Origin: Isurus oxyrinchus
Taxonomy: Eukaryota
Length of the DNA stretch: 64,000 nt
Direction of reading: 5' to 3'
Assembly (NCBI GenBank): GCA_026770705.1
Contig: JANJGN010000026.1
Span: forward strand, 31,186,001 to 31,250,000
Shown: positions 12,236 through 25,865 of the stretch, piece by piece
Layout: each line of letters starts with the position of its first letter
How positions within the stretch are numbered: the stretch's first letter is position 1
Made by a program: the position numbers and the translations under genes
Notes under the pieces: generated by a model
The model's input: the letters and a program-made list of their open reading frames with translations, nothing else
What the model was told of the DNA's origin: nothing
Databases searched by the model: none

Positions 12236-15200
12236 GATTAATAGAAACTGAGACAGATTCTAGTGCAGTATTTACAGATACATGGTCCTGATCAATATAA
12301 ATTCAGACAATGTCCAGTGCAGTCATTACTATACAGGGTCTAGATTAATAGAATCTGAGACAGGGTCCAGTGCAATGAAAACTGAAGTAGGGTCAAAATT
12401 AATATAAACTCAGACAATGTCCAGTGCAGAGATTATTGATACAGGGCCGAGACAAATATAAACTGAGACTGGGCCTACTGCAGTGATTGCTGATACAGGG
12501 TCTGGATCAATATAAACTGAGACAGTGTCCAGTGCAGTGATTACTGAAACAGGGTCTCGATTAATATAAACTGAGACAGACCCAAGTGTGATGATTACTG
12601 ATACAGGGTCTAGACGATAAAAACAGAGGCAGGGCATAGTGCAGTGATTACTGATACAGGGTGTAGATTAATGTAAACTGAGACAGAGCCTAGTGCAGTG
12701 ATTACTGATGCAGGGCCAAGGTAAATATAAAGCAGGACAGAGGCTAGTGCATTGATTAATGATACAGGATCAGGGTCAATATAAACTGAGACAGTGTCCA
12801 TTGAAGTAATTACTGATACATGGTCTAAATTAATATGAACTGAGGCAGGCCATATTGCAGTAATTACTGAACAAGGCTCTAGGGCGAATATAAACTGAGA
12901 CAGGGCCTAGTGCAGTGATTACTGATACATGGTCTAGATCAATATAAACTGAGGCAGTGTCCAGTAGAGTGATTACTGATACAGGGTCTTGATTAATATA
13001 AACTGAGAAGGGGTCTAGTGCAGTGATTCCTGATACAGGCTCTAGCTTGACAGAAACTGAGACAGGGCATTGTGCAGTGATTACTGATCCATGGTCTAGA
13101 TAAGTGTAAACTGGGACAGGAGCTAATGCAGTGATTACTGTTACAGTGTCTGGACTAAAATAAGTGGAGGCATTCTCTAGAACTGTCATTACTAATACAG
13201 GTTCTGGACTCATCTAAACTGAGATAAGGTCTAGTGCAGTGATTACTGATACAGGATATGGATTGATGTAAACTGATGCTGGGTCTAGTGCAGTGATTAC
13301 TGGCACAGCGTCCAGATCCATATAAACAGAGACAGGGACAAGTGCATTGATTACTGATACACGGTTGACATAAATATATACTGGGATAAGGGCCAGTGCA
13401 GTGATTACTGGTACAGGGTCTGGACTCATATAAATGGAGACAGGGTCCAGCGAAGTTATTACTGATACAGGACCTGGATTGATATAAACTAAGGCAGGCC
13501 ATAGTGCAGTGACTAGTGTTGCAGGGCCAAGATAAATAAAATCGAGGACAGCGGCTAGTGCAGTGATTACTGATACTGGGTCTAGAACAATGTAAAGTGA
13601 GGGTGTTTATTGCACTGATTATTATAGAGTGTTTAATTTATATAAAATGAGACAGGCTCTAATGCCAGAATTACTGATACAGTCTGGATCAATATAAACT
13701 GAGACAGTGTCCAGTGCAGTGATTATTGATACAGGGTCTAGATTAATATAAAATGAGACTAGTGCACTGATTACTAATACAGGGTCTAGATGATAAAAAT
13801 GGAGGCAGGGCATAGTGCAGTGATTACTGATGCAGGGTCGAGGTGAATATAAAGTAGGACAGAGGCTATTGCATTGATTAATGATGCAGGATCAAATCAA
13901 TATAAACTGAGACAGTGTCCATTGCACTGATTACTGATGTATGGTCTAAATTAATATGAACTGAGTCAGGACTCAATGCAGCGGTTACTGATTTAGGGTC
14001 TAGATTAATATGAACTGAGGCAGGCCATATTGCAGTGATTACTGACACAGGGACTAGATTAACATAAACTAGGACAGGGGATAGTGCAGTGATTAATGAT
14101 ACAGGATCAGGGTCAATATAAACTGAGACAGTGTCCATTGAAGCGATTACAGTTACGGGGTGTACATCAGTATAAAATGAGACAGTGTCTAGGGCAGTGA
14201 TTACTGATCCTAGGTCTTGATAAAAATAAAACTGAGATAGTGATTAGTGCAGTGATTACTGATACATGGTCTTGATTAATATGAACTGAGGCATGGCCTA
14301 GTGCAGCAATTACTGATTTAGGGTCTAGATTGATATAAACTAAAGTAGGGAAAATTGCAGTAATTGCTGATACAGGGTTGAGATTGACATAAACTGAGGG
14401 CATATTGCAGTGATTACTGGTACAGGGTCTAGGTTAATAGAAACTGAGAGAGGGCCAAGTGCAATGATTATAGATTCAGGGTGCAGATTATTATAACCAG
14501 AACAGGGCCAAGTGCAATGATTACTGAAACAGGGCCTTGATTAATATAAACTGAGACAGGCTCTTGTACAGTAATTACTGATACACGGTCTGAACTAACA
14601 TAACCTGAGACAGGGCCTGGTGCAGTGTTCACTGACACAGGGCCCAGATAAATATAACTGGGACAGGGGCTCGGGCAGTGATTACTGCTGCAGGGACTAA
14701 ATTAATGTAAACTGAGATAGGGCCTAGTGCAGTGATTACCGATACAGGGCCTAGATTGATAAACAAAATGACGCCTGGCATATTGTACAGCATCTAGCTT
14801 AATATAAACTGTGGCAGGGCCGAGTGCATTGATTACTGACACATGGTCTCAATCAATATGAACTTAGACAATGCCCAGTGCAGCGATTACCGATGCAGAG
14901 CCTAGATTAATATAAACTGAGGCAGGGCCACATGCAGTGATAATTGATACAGGGTCTAGATTAATAGAAACAGAGAGAGGGCCAAGTCCAGTGATTACTG
15001 ATAGAGGGTCTAAATTGATATAGACTGAGGTAGGCCATATTGCTGTAATTACTGATACAGTGTCCCAATCAATATAAACTGAGATAGGTCCAAGTGCAGC
15101 GATTACTGATACAGGGTCTGGATTAATATAAAGTGAGACAGGGCCTCGTGCAGTCATTACTGATACAAGATCTAGATTAATATAACCTGAGACGGGGCTT

Positions 15201-16858
15201 ATTGCAATTATTACTGATAGATGGTCTGGACTAATTTAAACTGAGGCAGGCCATAGTGCAGTGATGACTGATACAGGATCTAGATTAATATAAACTGAGA
15301 CAGGGTCTAGCACAGTGTTTATTAATACAGTGTCTCAATCAGCATAACTCAGACAATGTTGAGTGCAGTGATTACTGATACAGGATCTAGATTAATGTAA
15401 ACTGAGGCATGCTCTAGTGTAGTGATTACAAGCACAGGATCTAGCTTAATATAAACTGAGACAGGTTCTTGTGCAGTAATTACTGATACAGGGTCTCAAT
15501 CAATATAAACTCTGACAATGTCCAATGCAGTGATTACTGATACAGGGCCAAGATAAATATGAACTGAGGCAGGGCCTACTGCAGTGATTACCGATACAGG
15601 GTCTAGGTTAATAGAAACTGAGAGTGGGCCAACTGCAGTGATTATAGATTCAGTGTGCAGTTTATTATAACCAGAACAGTGACAAGTGCAGTGATTACTG
15701 AAAAAGGGGCTTGATTAATATAAACTGAGACAGGCTCTTGTACAGTAATTACTGATACAAGGTCTGGACTAACATAAACTGAGAAAGGACCTGGTGAAGT
15801 GTTAATTGATATAGGGCCTAGATAAATATAACTGGGATGAGGCAGTGATAACTGATACAGGGTCTAGATTGATAAAAAAAAACCTGAGGCAGGACATCGT
15901 GCAGGGATTACTGATAAAGCGCCGAGATTAATATAAACTCAGAGAGGTTCAAGTGCAGTGATTACTGGTATAAGGTCCAAATTGATATAAAATGACTTGC
16001 GTTTAGTGTAGTGATTACTGGTATAGGGTCTAGATTGATATAAACTGAGACAAGGCCTGGTGCTGTGAGTTGTGTAACAGGATTGGATGCGTATAAAATG
16101 GGACAGGGCCTAGTGCAATGATTACAGGTACAGGCTTTAGATTAATATAAACTGAGAAACAGTCCAGTGCAGTGCTTTTAGGTTCAGGGTGCAAATTATT
16201 AATACCAGAACAGGGTCGAGTGCAATGTTTACTGAAACAGGGTCTTGGTTAATATAAACTGAGACAGGCTCTTGTGCAGTAATTACTGATGCAGGGTCTG
16301 AATCAACATAAACTGAGACAGAGCCTGGTGAAATGTTCACTGGTACAGGGCCTAGATAAATACAACTGAGACAGGAGCTCTTGCAGTGATGACTGCTGCA
16401 GGGACTAAATTAATATAAACTGAGGCTGGATCTAGTGCAGTGATTACTGATAAAGGGACTAGGCTAATGTAAAGTGAGACAGAGTTTAGTGCAGAGATAA
16501 CTAATGTGGGGTCTAGATCAATATAAACTGAGACAGGGTCTGTTGCAGTGATTACTGATCCAGGGTCTTGATTGATAAAAACTGAGACAGGGCCTAGTGC
16601 AGTAAGTAACATTACAGGGTCGAGATTAGTATAAACTGAGAGAGCCTCAAGTACAGAGATTACAGATACAGGATCTAGATTATTATATTCTGAGACAGAT
16701 CTAGTGCAGAGACTACTGATACATGGTCTAGCTCAATATAAACTGTGGCAGGGCATAGTGCAGTGATTACTGATGCTCTAAGGTAATGTAAGGAAGACAA
16801 GGTCTAGTACGGTGATTACAGATACAGGGTCTAGATTGATAAAATCTGAGGCAGGGAA

Positions 16859-17945
16859 GAATATAATTCTAAAATTGGCTTAGTTGTAGGAGACAGAGGG
16901 TGATGACAGAAAGACGCTTTAGTGACTGGAAGACAGTGTCCAGTGGTGTACCACAGGGATCTGTGCTGGGTCCCCGATTATTTGTTATTTATATAAATGA
17001 AAGTAGATGCCTACATGTGGGGTAGGATTAGTAAGTTTGTGGAGGATACAGAGATTAGCCAGTTGGTTAACAGTGATGTTGTGTGTTTTGGGCTACAGGA
17101 AGATATAGATGGAATGGTCAAATGGGCAGATAAGTGGCAAATGGAATGTAGCACTGAAAAGTGCGAGGTGATACACCTTGGAAGGAGTAATTTGACTATG
17201 AATGGGATGACACTAGGAAGTTCTGAGGAACAAAGGGACCTTGGCGTGTGTGTCCATAGGTCTCTGAAGGCGGAGGGGCATCTTAGTGGGGTGGTGAAAA
17301 AGGCATATGGGACACTTGGTTTTATCAATCGAGGCATAGATTACAAAAGTAGGAAGGCCATATTAGACTTGTATGGAACCTTGGTGAGGTCACAGCTTGA
17401 GTACCATATGCAGTTCTGGTCGCCACATTATAGGAAGGATGTGATGCACTGAAGAGGGTGCAGAGGAGATTCACCAGGATGTTGCCTGGTATGAAACATT
17501 TAAGTTATGAAGAGAGGTTAGATAGACTTGGGTTGTTTTCATTGGAGCAGAGAAGACTGAGGGGAGACCTGATTGAGGTGTACAAGATTCTGAGGGGTGT
17601 GGACAGGGTGAATAGGGAGCAGCTGTTGACCTTAGTTGAAGGGTCAGTCACAAGAAGACATAAGTTCAAGGTGAGGGGCAGGAGGTTTAGGGGGCTTTTG
17701 AAGAAAAACTTTTTTACCCAGAGGGTGGTGATGGTCTGGAATGCACTGCCTGGGAGGGTGGTGGAGGTGGGTTGCTTTACATCCTTTAAAAAGTACTTGG
17801 ATGAGCACTTGGCACGTCATAACATTCAAGGCAATGGGCCAAGTGCTGATAAATGGGATTAGGCAGGTAGGTCAGGTGTTTTTCACGTGTCGGTGCAGAC
17901 TCAATGGGCCAAAGGGCCTCTTCTGCACTGTGTGATTCTGTGATA
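16859..17945 (+). mobile_element. CR1-type LINE 3' ~1.1 kb
   Basis: ORFs 16997..17452 and 17458..17862 (WADKWQM, DLGVCVHRSLK, RLGLFSLEQRRLRGDLIEVYKI, FFTQRVV..WN) ending in a tgtgattc tail. Confidence 0.93.
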
Positions 17946-19749
17946 ATATAAACTGATTACTGATACAGGTCTAGATCAATATCAAGGGAAACAGCATCTC
18001 GTGCAGTGATTACTGGCACAGAATCTAGATTAATACAAACTGTGACAGGGCCGAGTGCTGTGATTACTGACACAGGGACGAAATTATTATAAACTAGGAC
18101 AGAGGCTAGTGCAGGAATTAATGATACAGGATCAGGATCAATATCAACTGAGGCAGTGTCCTTTCCAATGATTACTGTTAGAAGGTCTGGACTAATATAA
18201 ACTGAATCAGGGCCTAGAGCAGTCATTACTAATACAGGGTCAAGATTAATATAAACAGAGACAGGGCCTAGTGCAGTGGTTACTGATGCAGGGTGTAGAT
18301 TAATATAAACTCAGACAATGTCCAGTGCAGAGATGACTGACACAGGGTCTAGATTAATGTAAACTGAGACAGGGTCCACTGCAGCGATTAATGATACAGG
18401 GTCTAAATTAATATAAACTGAGACAGTGTCTAGTGCAGTGATTCCTGATATATGGTCTGGACTAGAATAAACTGAGACAGGGCCAAGTGCAAGAATTACT
18501 TCATCATTGACGCCATATCCCAAGAACGAATTAAAACACTGCAAAATACTGCAGGTTTGGGAAATCTAAGGCAGGGCAAAAAATAACCACTCAGCAGGTT
18601 AGTGGGCATCAATAGAGAGAGGGACAGGTCAAATGTTCAGGCCGATGACAGGTGCAACATCTCCCTTAGTACCAATCTATAGAGCAGGAATGTTCTCCCC
18701 ACTATCCTAGTCCAGTATTCATTCTTCAACTAAAATCACATATTATCTCATCATTTTTCGCAGCTCTATTCGTGGGAGCTTGCTGTGCACAAATCACCAG
18801 ATGGATTTCCAATATCACAGCAGTGACAAAACTTCAACAAATGTACATCAACGAATTTCAAGGGCTTTAGGATGTCCTGGGGTCATAAGCTGCGTTCTAT
18901 AAATGTAAATTCTTCCTAAATGTTAACATTTCAAAATGCTGGTTGTGATATGTTGAAAACTCTGAGATTAATATGATTATAGGTCACTCCTGTGGCTGCT
19001 GTTTTAAATTGTCCATTTTTAATCAGTTAAATCTTCCAACAAATTGACATTGGGTCTAATCCCAGCCTGTTCAAATATTCATCATTGATTGTGACAGTAG
19101 CACTTTCAGAATTGAATTATTAATTTAAATGTATTTTTAATTATTTGAAATAAATAACATCTGTTCTAATGGATGTTGAAAAGGTTTCTAGTAATTTTGT
19201 ACCAACTGTCAATATTCTTAAAATAAACCCTTGTTTTGAGTTGAACCCAATCAATAAGTGTCTATGTTTATCTAGTTTTGCTGCCATGAACACTTCATTG
19301 AAACCAATGAGGCGTTTATGTAAATAAACACAGAAATAGAAGTCCCAGATTAGATTCTGGATACACAAAAGCACAGCAAATATTTCCCCATCAACACAGC
19401 ACAGAAATAGAGTCAAACATGCAAATACATCAACCGATTTCAGTAGCAATTTTTTTGGGCATTTTTAAAATCAGTTATATGAGAATTATGTCACGATGAT
19501 ATCTATGTTCAGAATTAAGTAAGATTCCCACTGATCATGAAATATAATGTCATGGCAAATGTGTTTGTAGGGATGTCCTGTATCCTCTCTCTCTCTCTGT
19601 CTCTCCTCTCTGGTACTTTGTCTTGTCTCTCCACCATGGGTCACTGTCTTTACTCCACAACATGAAGTCAATGTCTAGCCAATATATTTTCTCAGCCCGA
19701 TTCATACACTTCAAACTAAATTGATCAAATGAAATGGATTATAATCCGT

Positions 19750-20740
19750 AGAGGGAACTTTATTCTAAATCTGTTTTGAGCATTCACTGACTTGAGAGTG
19801 CTTGGTGGGAAACTGCAGATGAAACTTTACTCTGTATCTAACCTGTGTTGCAGCCAGGAGGGTAGATTTGATGTGGCCGTGCCGAAGGACCTTTCCCTGT
19901 ATCTAACCCGTGCTGTTCCTGCCTTTGGCGTGTCTGATGGGACAGTGTAGAGGGAGCTTTACTTTGCACCTAACCTGCACTGTGACAGCCCTGGGAGTGT
20001 TTGATACGACTGTGTAGAGGGAGATTTACTCTGTATCTAAACTGTGCTATACCTGATTGATAGGGCCGTTTAGAGGGAGCTTCACTCTGCATCTAAACTA
20101 CGCTATATTTGACATGGCTGTAGACACTGTAGAGGGGGATTTGCCCCTATCTAAGCCCTGGAAATACCTGATGTGACATTCAGAGGCAGCTTTCCTCTTT
20201 ACCTGTCCCCAGTGTCGAGCTACCTGGGAAATGTCTGATGAAGTGTGCAGAGGAAACCTTACACTGCATATAACCTTACATGCCTCAACAGTGTTTGAGC
20301 AGACAATGTAGAGGAAGTTTTATCCTGTTTCTGAACTGTGCTGCACCTGTCCTGGAAATGTTTGATGGTGACAGTGTCGAGGGAGATTCACTCTGAATCT
20401 AACCTGTGCTATACCTGCATTGGGAGATTTTCATGTGGTAATGTAGAGGGAACTTTACATTATTAATGTAGCCCCATGCTACACCTGTCCTGGGGCTGTT
20501 TGATGGAGCCGTGGGCCTTGTTTATGCATTACACTAGACCGTGTCCAAGCGTATCTAACCTTTGCTGTACCTGCCGCGGGAATGTTTCATGGTGACAGTG
20601 TCGAGGGAGTTTCTCTCTCTCTAACCCATGCTGCATCTTCCCTGGGAGTGTTCAATGTGACAATGTAGAGGTAGCTTTAAATTCTGTGCCTAGTCCCATG
20701 CTGCACCTGTCCTAGGAGCGTTTGATGGGACAGTAGACCC
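19750..20740 (+). repeat. Degenerate ~67-bp tandem repeat
   Basis: Unit like GTAGAGGGAGCTTTACTCTGTATCTAACCCGTGCTGTACCTGCCCTGGGAGTGTTTGATGGGACAGT. Isolated copies near 36470, 37190-37390, 46560-46620 (-) and 50370-50440 (-). Confidence 0.9.
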
Positions 20741-21555
20741 TGTCTTGATATTGCTTTCGACCGTGACCCTGTCTCTGTTTATATTACAGTTAACACTGCC
20801 TCTGTTTGTATTGCACTAGGCCCTGTCCCTGTTTATATTGCATCTGACATGTATCTGTTTATATTGCACTAGATGGTGTCTCTGTTTACATTGCACTTGG
20901 CCCTGCCCGTGTTTATATGACACTCAACATGTCTCCTTATATTCGACATGCCTCTGTTTATATTGCATGAGACGCTGTCTCTGTTTATATTGCACTAGGC
21001 CCTGCCCTGGTTTATATTACACTAGACCCTGTTTCTGTTTAAGTTGCACTGATCTCTATTTTGGTTTACATTACATTAGACCGTGTCTCTGTTTATATTA
21101 TACTAGGCTCTGCCCCTGTTTGTATTACACTTGATATGTCAGTGTTTATATTACACTCGGCATGTCTCTGTTAATATTATACTCGACATGCCTTTGTTTA
21201 TTTTGCACTAGACGCTGTATCTGTTTATATTACGTTAGATCCGGTCTCTGTTTATATTGCACAAGGTCATGCCGCTGTTTATATTAAACTGGGCTCTGTA
21301 TGTTTATAATACACTAGACCCTGTCTCTATTTATATTAAACTGGACCCCGTTTCTGTTTATATTACTCTAGATCCTGTCTTTGCTTATATTAAACAAGGC
21401 CTTGTCTCTGTTTATATTATAATTGACCTGTCTCTGTATATATTCATCTAGAACTGTCTCTGTATTTCAGTAGCCACTGTCTCAGTTCTGTGCTAGATCA
21501 TATCTGTATTTAAATTACATTAGACCCTGCCTCTGTTATTACTGCACTACACACG
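20740..21555 (-). repeat. 27-bp monomer array related to the 54-bp satellite, inverted
   Basis: Plus-strand unit CTGTCTCTGTTTATATTACACTAGACC; 9-aa periodic ORFs (CLCLYCTRP). Confidence 0.9.
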
Positions 21556-21744
21556 TGCCATAATGTGGAAATTGGCTGGGGTGGAAATAGTGAAGATAAG
21601 GCAGCAAGATGGTGGGAGCAATTAACATGGGGGCCTGTTTAGATGTTATGACTTGTCCTTCCTGCATCCCAGATTTGTGTTCATGATCCACAGACCTCTC
21701 TTATATTGCAGCTGTTTAAATTAAACCATTTAACTCCTATTTTC

Positions 21745-22135
21745 AGGCTCTAGTGCAATAAAGTAAGGGAATATACTAATGTAATATAAACAGAGGACAA
21801 TTACATAAATATCTAAGACAGGACCTAATGTTACAGAAACAGAAACATGGACTAGAACAGCAACAAAGAGACAGGCCCAGTAAAATATTACCAGAGACAT
21901 GGTGGAGAGCAGCAATAACTGAGACAGAGTCCAGTGTTACAGAAACAGAAACATGGACTAGAGCAGTAACAATGAGACACGCCCAGTGTAGGACAAACAG
22001 AGGCATGGTGGAGAGCAGCAATACTGAGACAGGATCTAGTATTACAGAAACAGAATCACAGACTAGAGCAGTAACAATGAGACAGGCTGAGTGTAATATT
22101 AACAGAGACACGGTGGAGAGCAGCAATATTGACAC
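21745..22135 (+). repeat. ~105-bp higher-order (4 x ~27) derivative of the same satellite
   Basis: TTACAGAAAC recurs at 21831, 21937 and 22042. Confidence 0.75.
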
Positions 22136-22149
22136 CATATTGAAGTCCC

Positions 22150-24600
22150 ACAGAACCAGATAAGATATGGGTGGAGATACCTCCTGGTGATTACCACCTA
22201 TTGCCCTCCCTCAGCTGATGAATTTGTGCTCCTTCATCTTTAGCACTGCGTGGAAGAAACACTGAGGGTAGCAAGGGCAACGAATATGATGTGAATTTGC
22301 AAAATCAATTACCATTTGACAAGACCAAGAATGCCGGAGCTGGATGAGTCCTGAATGACGTATCTGACAGGATGGACCTGCCACAGATGGTTAGAGAGCC
22401 AACACGAGGGAAACCCTTACCTGATCTCCAGCCCACCACACTATGATATAAATGTGATTGACCCCTGCACTGTCCTTGTGGAAACCCAGGCCGGTATTCA
22501 CACTGAGCACATTCTCCATTGTGTTGTGCGGCACTGCCGCTGTGCTAAACGGGATACATTCAGAACAGATCTAGCAGCTCAAAACTTAGCATCAACGAGA
22601 TACTGTTGGTCAATAACAGCAGGATAGTTGCATTCAATCACACCCTGTAACCTCATGGACCAGAATATCCCTCACTCAAACCTTAGTGTGCATATCCACA
22701 GATTCCTAAAGGTAGCAGAGCAGGTAGATGAGGTGGTTAAGAAGGCATATGGGTTACTTGCCTTTATTAGCTGAGGCATAAAACACATACAAGGGAGGTT
22801 ATGCTGGAACTGTATAAAACGTTGGTTAGGCCACAACTGGAGCACTACTGCAGTTCTGGTCACCACATTTCTAGGAAGTATGTGACTGCACTGGAGAGGG
22901 TGCAGAGAAGATTTACCTAGATGCTGTCTGGGCTGGAACATCTGAACTCTGAGGAAAGATTGGATAGGCTGGGCTGTTTTCCTTGGAGCAACGATGGTTG
23001 ACGGGCTGCTGAGGGGCATAGGTAGGGTGGATAGGAAGGCACCTTTTCCATTAGTAGAGAGGTCAAAAACCAGAGAGCAGAGATTTTAGATAAGAGGTAG
23101 AAAGCTAAGAGGGGAGTTAAGGAGAATCTTTTTCACCCAGAGGTAGAAATTTGGAGCTCACTGCCCAAAAGGGTGGTTGTGTCAGAAACTCTAGTAACAT
23201 TTAAGAAAGATTTAAATGTTCACTTAAGCTGCCATAGCCTCCAGGGCTATGGGCCAAGCACGGGAAAATGGGATTAGTGTAGTCAGATCTTTTTTTACCA
23301 GGGCGGAAATGATGGGCCGAATGGCCCCCATCTGTGCTGTAAACGTTAATGAGTCTATGAGTCTAACATCCAGTCTAGGAACAATGAGGAATGTAGGCCA
23401 GCAGGTCTGAAGCAAGACCAGGCATACCTGAAAATGATGAACCATAGTGTAAAGATAGAGAGCTGTACATAATGGACAACAGATCAGGTCTGTCCCCTTG
23501 CAGCTCAGTCAGTCTACTCTCAATCATCAGTAAAGTGACTGAAGGTGTCGCCGACCTGCTCACCAAAGCTCAGACTGGATCCACCTGGATCAGCCAGCAT
23601 CAAAGCTCATTGCAAACTTGGTCTGAACATGGACAAGAAAGCGAACGTCCGGACATGATGTATGAGTGCTTCAGTACTTGATGTGAAAGTAGCTACTAAC
23701 TGAGTGTGGCATCAGGAAGCCTTGGAAAGTGTCAGGTCAACGGGAATCAGGAGCAAATCTCTCCACTGGCTGGAGTCACACCTAGCGCATATGAAGATGT
23801 TGTGGTTGTTGGAGACCAATCATTCTCAGCACCAGTTCCAGGAGTCTCTCAGAGAATTGTCGTTGGTCCAACCATCTTCAGCAGCTTGATCAATGACCTT
23901 CCCTTCATCACCGGGTCAGGAGTGGGGATGTTCGCTCATATTTTCACAGAGTTCAGTTCCATTTATGACCTCTCAGATAATGAAACCGTCCTTACTTATT
24001 GCTTCTCGAACTGGACAAGTTTGCATTGATAAGTTGCAAGTGATATAAGTGGCACACAAGTGCCAGGCAATGACCAACTCCAACAATAAAGAAACCAAAC
24101 ATCTCCGCTTGATGTTCAAAAGACATTACTGTCGTTGAAACTCACCATCAACGATGTGCAGGTGCCATTGAACAGAAGCTGAACTGGACCAGCCGTATAA
24201 ATACTGTGGCTAGAAGAGTAGGTCAGAGGTTGGGAATCCTGTGACCAGTAATTCACCTCCGGATTCCCCAAAGCCTTTCCACCATCTGCAAATCTCCAAG
24301 TCAGATACCTGTTAGAAATTGTTTACTTTCCTTGACAAATGTAGCTGCAGCAATACTCAAGAACCTCCACACCAACCAGGGGAAATCAAGCCCTTGATAG
24401 GCTCCTTATCCAACAGTTAAACATTCACTCTCTTAGCCACTGACACACAGTGGCTGCAGTGTGTACCATCCACAAGATGCACTGCAGCAACTCGCCAATG
24501 CCTCTTCAACAACACCTTCCATACCTGTGACCTCCACCTCCCAGAATAACAAGGGCTACAAGCATATGGGAACACAATGCCCTCCATCCGCCTACACATA
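22150..24600 (+). mobile_element. Decayed HER1/CR1-like LINE pieces with a nested CR1 3' fragment (~22670-23360)
   Basis: RT-like remnants (WLESHL; PGVSQ..VVGPTIFSSLINDLP) and CR1 3' sequence (gcatatccacagattcctaaaggtagcag; gatgggccgaatggcc). Confidence 0.75.
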
Positions 24601-24842
24601 CCACTCCGTAGGAGGGAAATTGGCATTTGGCGCAGGAACAGAAGGGATATCTGAAATCTAATTCTGCTGACTGCACTGAAAATGAATATCAAGTACTGCG
24701 TAGCATATACGGCCGATCCGATACCATCCTTTCAGGCTACTGCCAGATACCGATTTCTAGCCTAACGTCTTTATTTATCATATTATCTCTCCATCTCACA
24801 GAAACATGGAGTAAAGCAACCATAATTTAAACAGAGGCATAG

Positions 24843-24978
24843 ATAAAAACAAAATGCTGCAAATGCTGGAAATCTGAAATAAAGACAGAAAATGCTGGAC
24901 AAACTCAACAGGTTGGACTGCATCTGTGGAGAGAGAAACAGAGTTAATATTTCGAGTCCATATGACTCTTCTTCAGAA
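24843..24978 (-). mobile_element. Solo PLE 3' end with canonical-core hammerhead motif
   Basis: Minus strand reads CTGAAGA-A-GAGTC-atatg-GACTC-GAAA-TATT-AACTC followed by the family 3' tail. Confidence 0.75.
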
Positions 24979-25134
24979 ACATAGCCTAGTGTCATAGTTA
25001 CAATGACCACTATAATGTAGACATAGTCAAGATTTAATATAACATAAACAGAGACAGGGCCTAGTGTAATATAAACAGAGAAAGAATCCAGTGCAATACA
25101 AACTGAGATGGCTTCCAGTGGAACATTAATGAGA

Positions 25135-25229
25135 AGGGTCATGAGGACTCGAAACGTCAACTCTTTTCTTCTCCGCCGATGCTGCCAGACCTGCTGAGTT
25201 TTTCCAGGTAATTCTGTTTTTGTTTTGTT
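25135..25229 (+). mobile_element. Solo PLE 3' end, 10-bp TSD
   Basis: Nearly identical to 11387-11478. TSD ATTAATGAGA at 25125-25134 and 25230-25239. Confidence 0.85.
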
Positions 25230-25339
25230 ATTAATGAGATAGGGTCTATTTTAATACAAACAGAGGCCTGATCCAGCACAATAGAAATAATGTAGTTCTC
25301 AGGGAATTAATAATCGAACCAGGATCCTGTATAACATGG

Positions 25340-25865
25340 GAGGGACGATCGTACAGTGGGAACGTCACTGGATCATTAACCCAGAGATCCAAGCCTTTTC
25401 CCTGGGGATAGGGGTTTGAATCCCATTATGGCAGCATGTGGAATCCAAATTCGATTAATAAATCTGGAATTGAAAGCTCATCTCAATAATGGTGACCATG
25501 AAACTATAATCAAATATCATAAATATCCACCTGGTTCACCAATGTCCTTTAGGTAAGGTAATCTGCCCTCCTTACCTAGTCAGGACTACATTTTTTGTTT
25601 GTTCATTCATGAGAATGGGGGGGCGCTGGCGAGGCCAGCATTTATTGCCCGTCCCTAAATGCCCCCTTGAGAACACCAGCTTGTTAGGCTGGGTTTTTAT
25701 GACAATGGTTTCATGGTCATCATTAGATTTTTTGATTCAAATTTCACCACCTACCGTGGTGGGATTCAAACCCAGACCCCCAGCGATTTACTAGCCCAGT
25801 GAGAATAGCAGCACATCACTGCCTCTCATACATATAACTCCAGACCCACAGCTTTGTGGAGCCCC
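25340..25865. mobile_element. HE1-like tRNA-derived SINE (+) with a nested opposite-strand copy (~25595-25825)
   Basis: B-box-like ggtttgaatccc; core ctggttcaccaatgtcctttagg; inverted tail ggccagcatttattgcccgtccctaa. Confidence 0.75.

Larger units (their letters stand above)
2280..18500 (+). repeat. 54-bp satellite (dimer of two 27-bp halves), interrupted by TEs
   Basis: Consensus AGTGCAGTGATTACTGATACAGGGTCT + AGATTAATATAAACTGAGACAGGGCCT. The minus-strand ORFs with 18-aa periodicity (PVSVITALG/PVSVYINLD) are translations of it. More degenerate copies at ~985-1170 and 1860-2280. Confidence 0.97.

Noticed and set aside
2280-18500. Satellite as a CRISPR array or RSS array (TGCAGTG..ATATAAACT)
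   Set aside because: Eukaryotic DNA with no unique spacers. The RSS-like match lacks the essential CAC and has a 24-bp spacing.
3803-18544. Many minus-strand ORFs with PVSVITAL/VYINLD repeats
   Set aside because: They are translations of the 54-bp satellite (length divisible by 3), with scattered stops and no gene structure.
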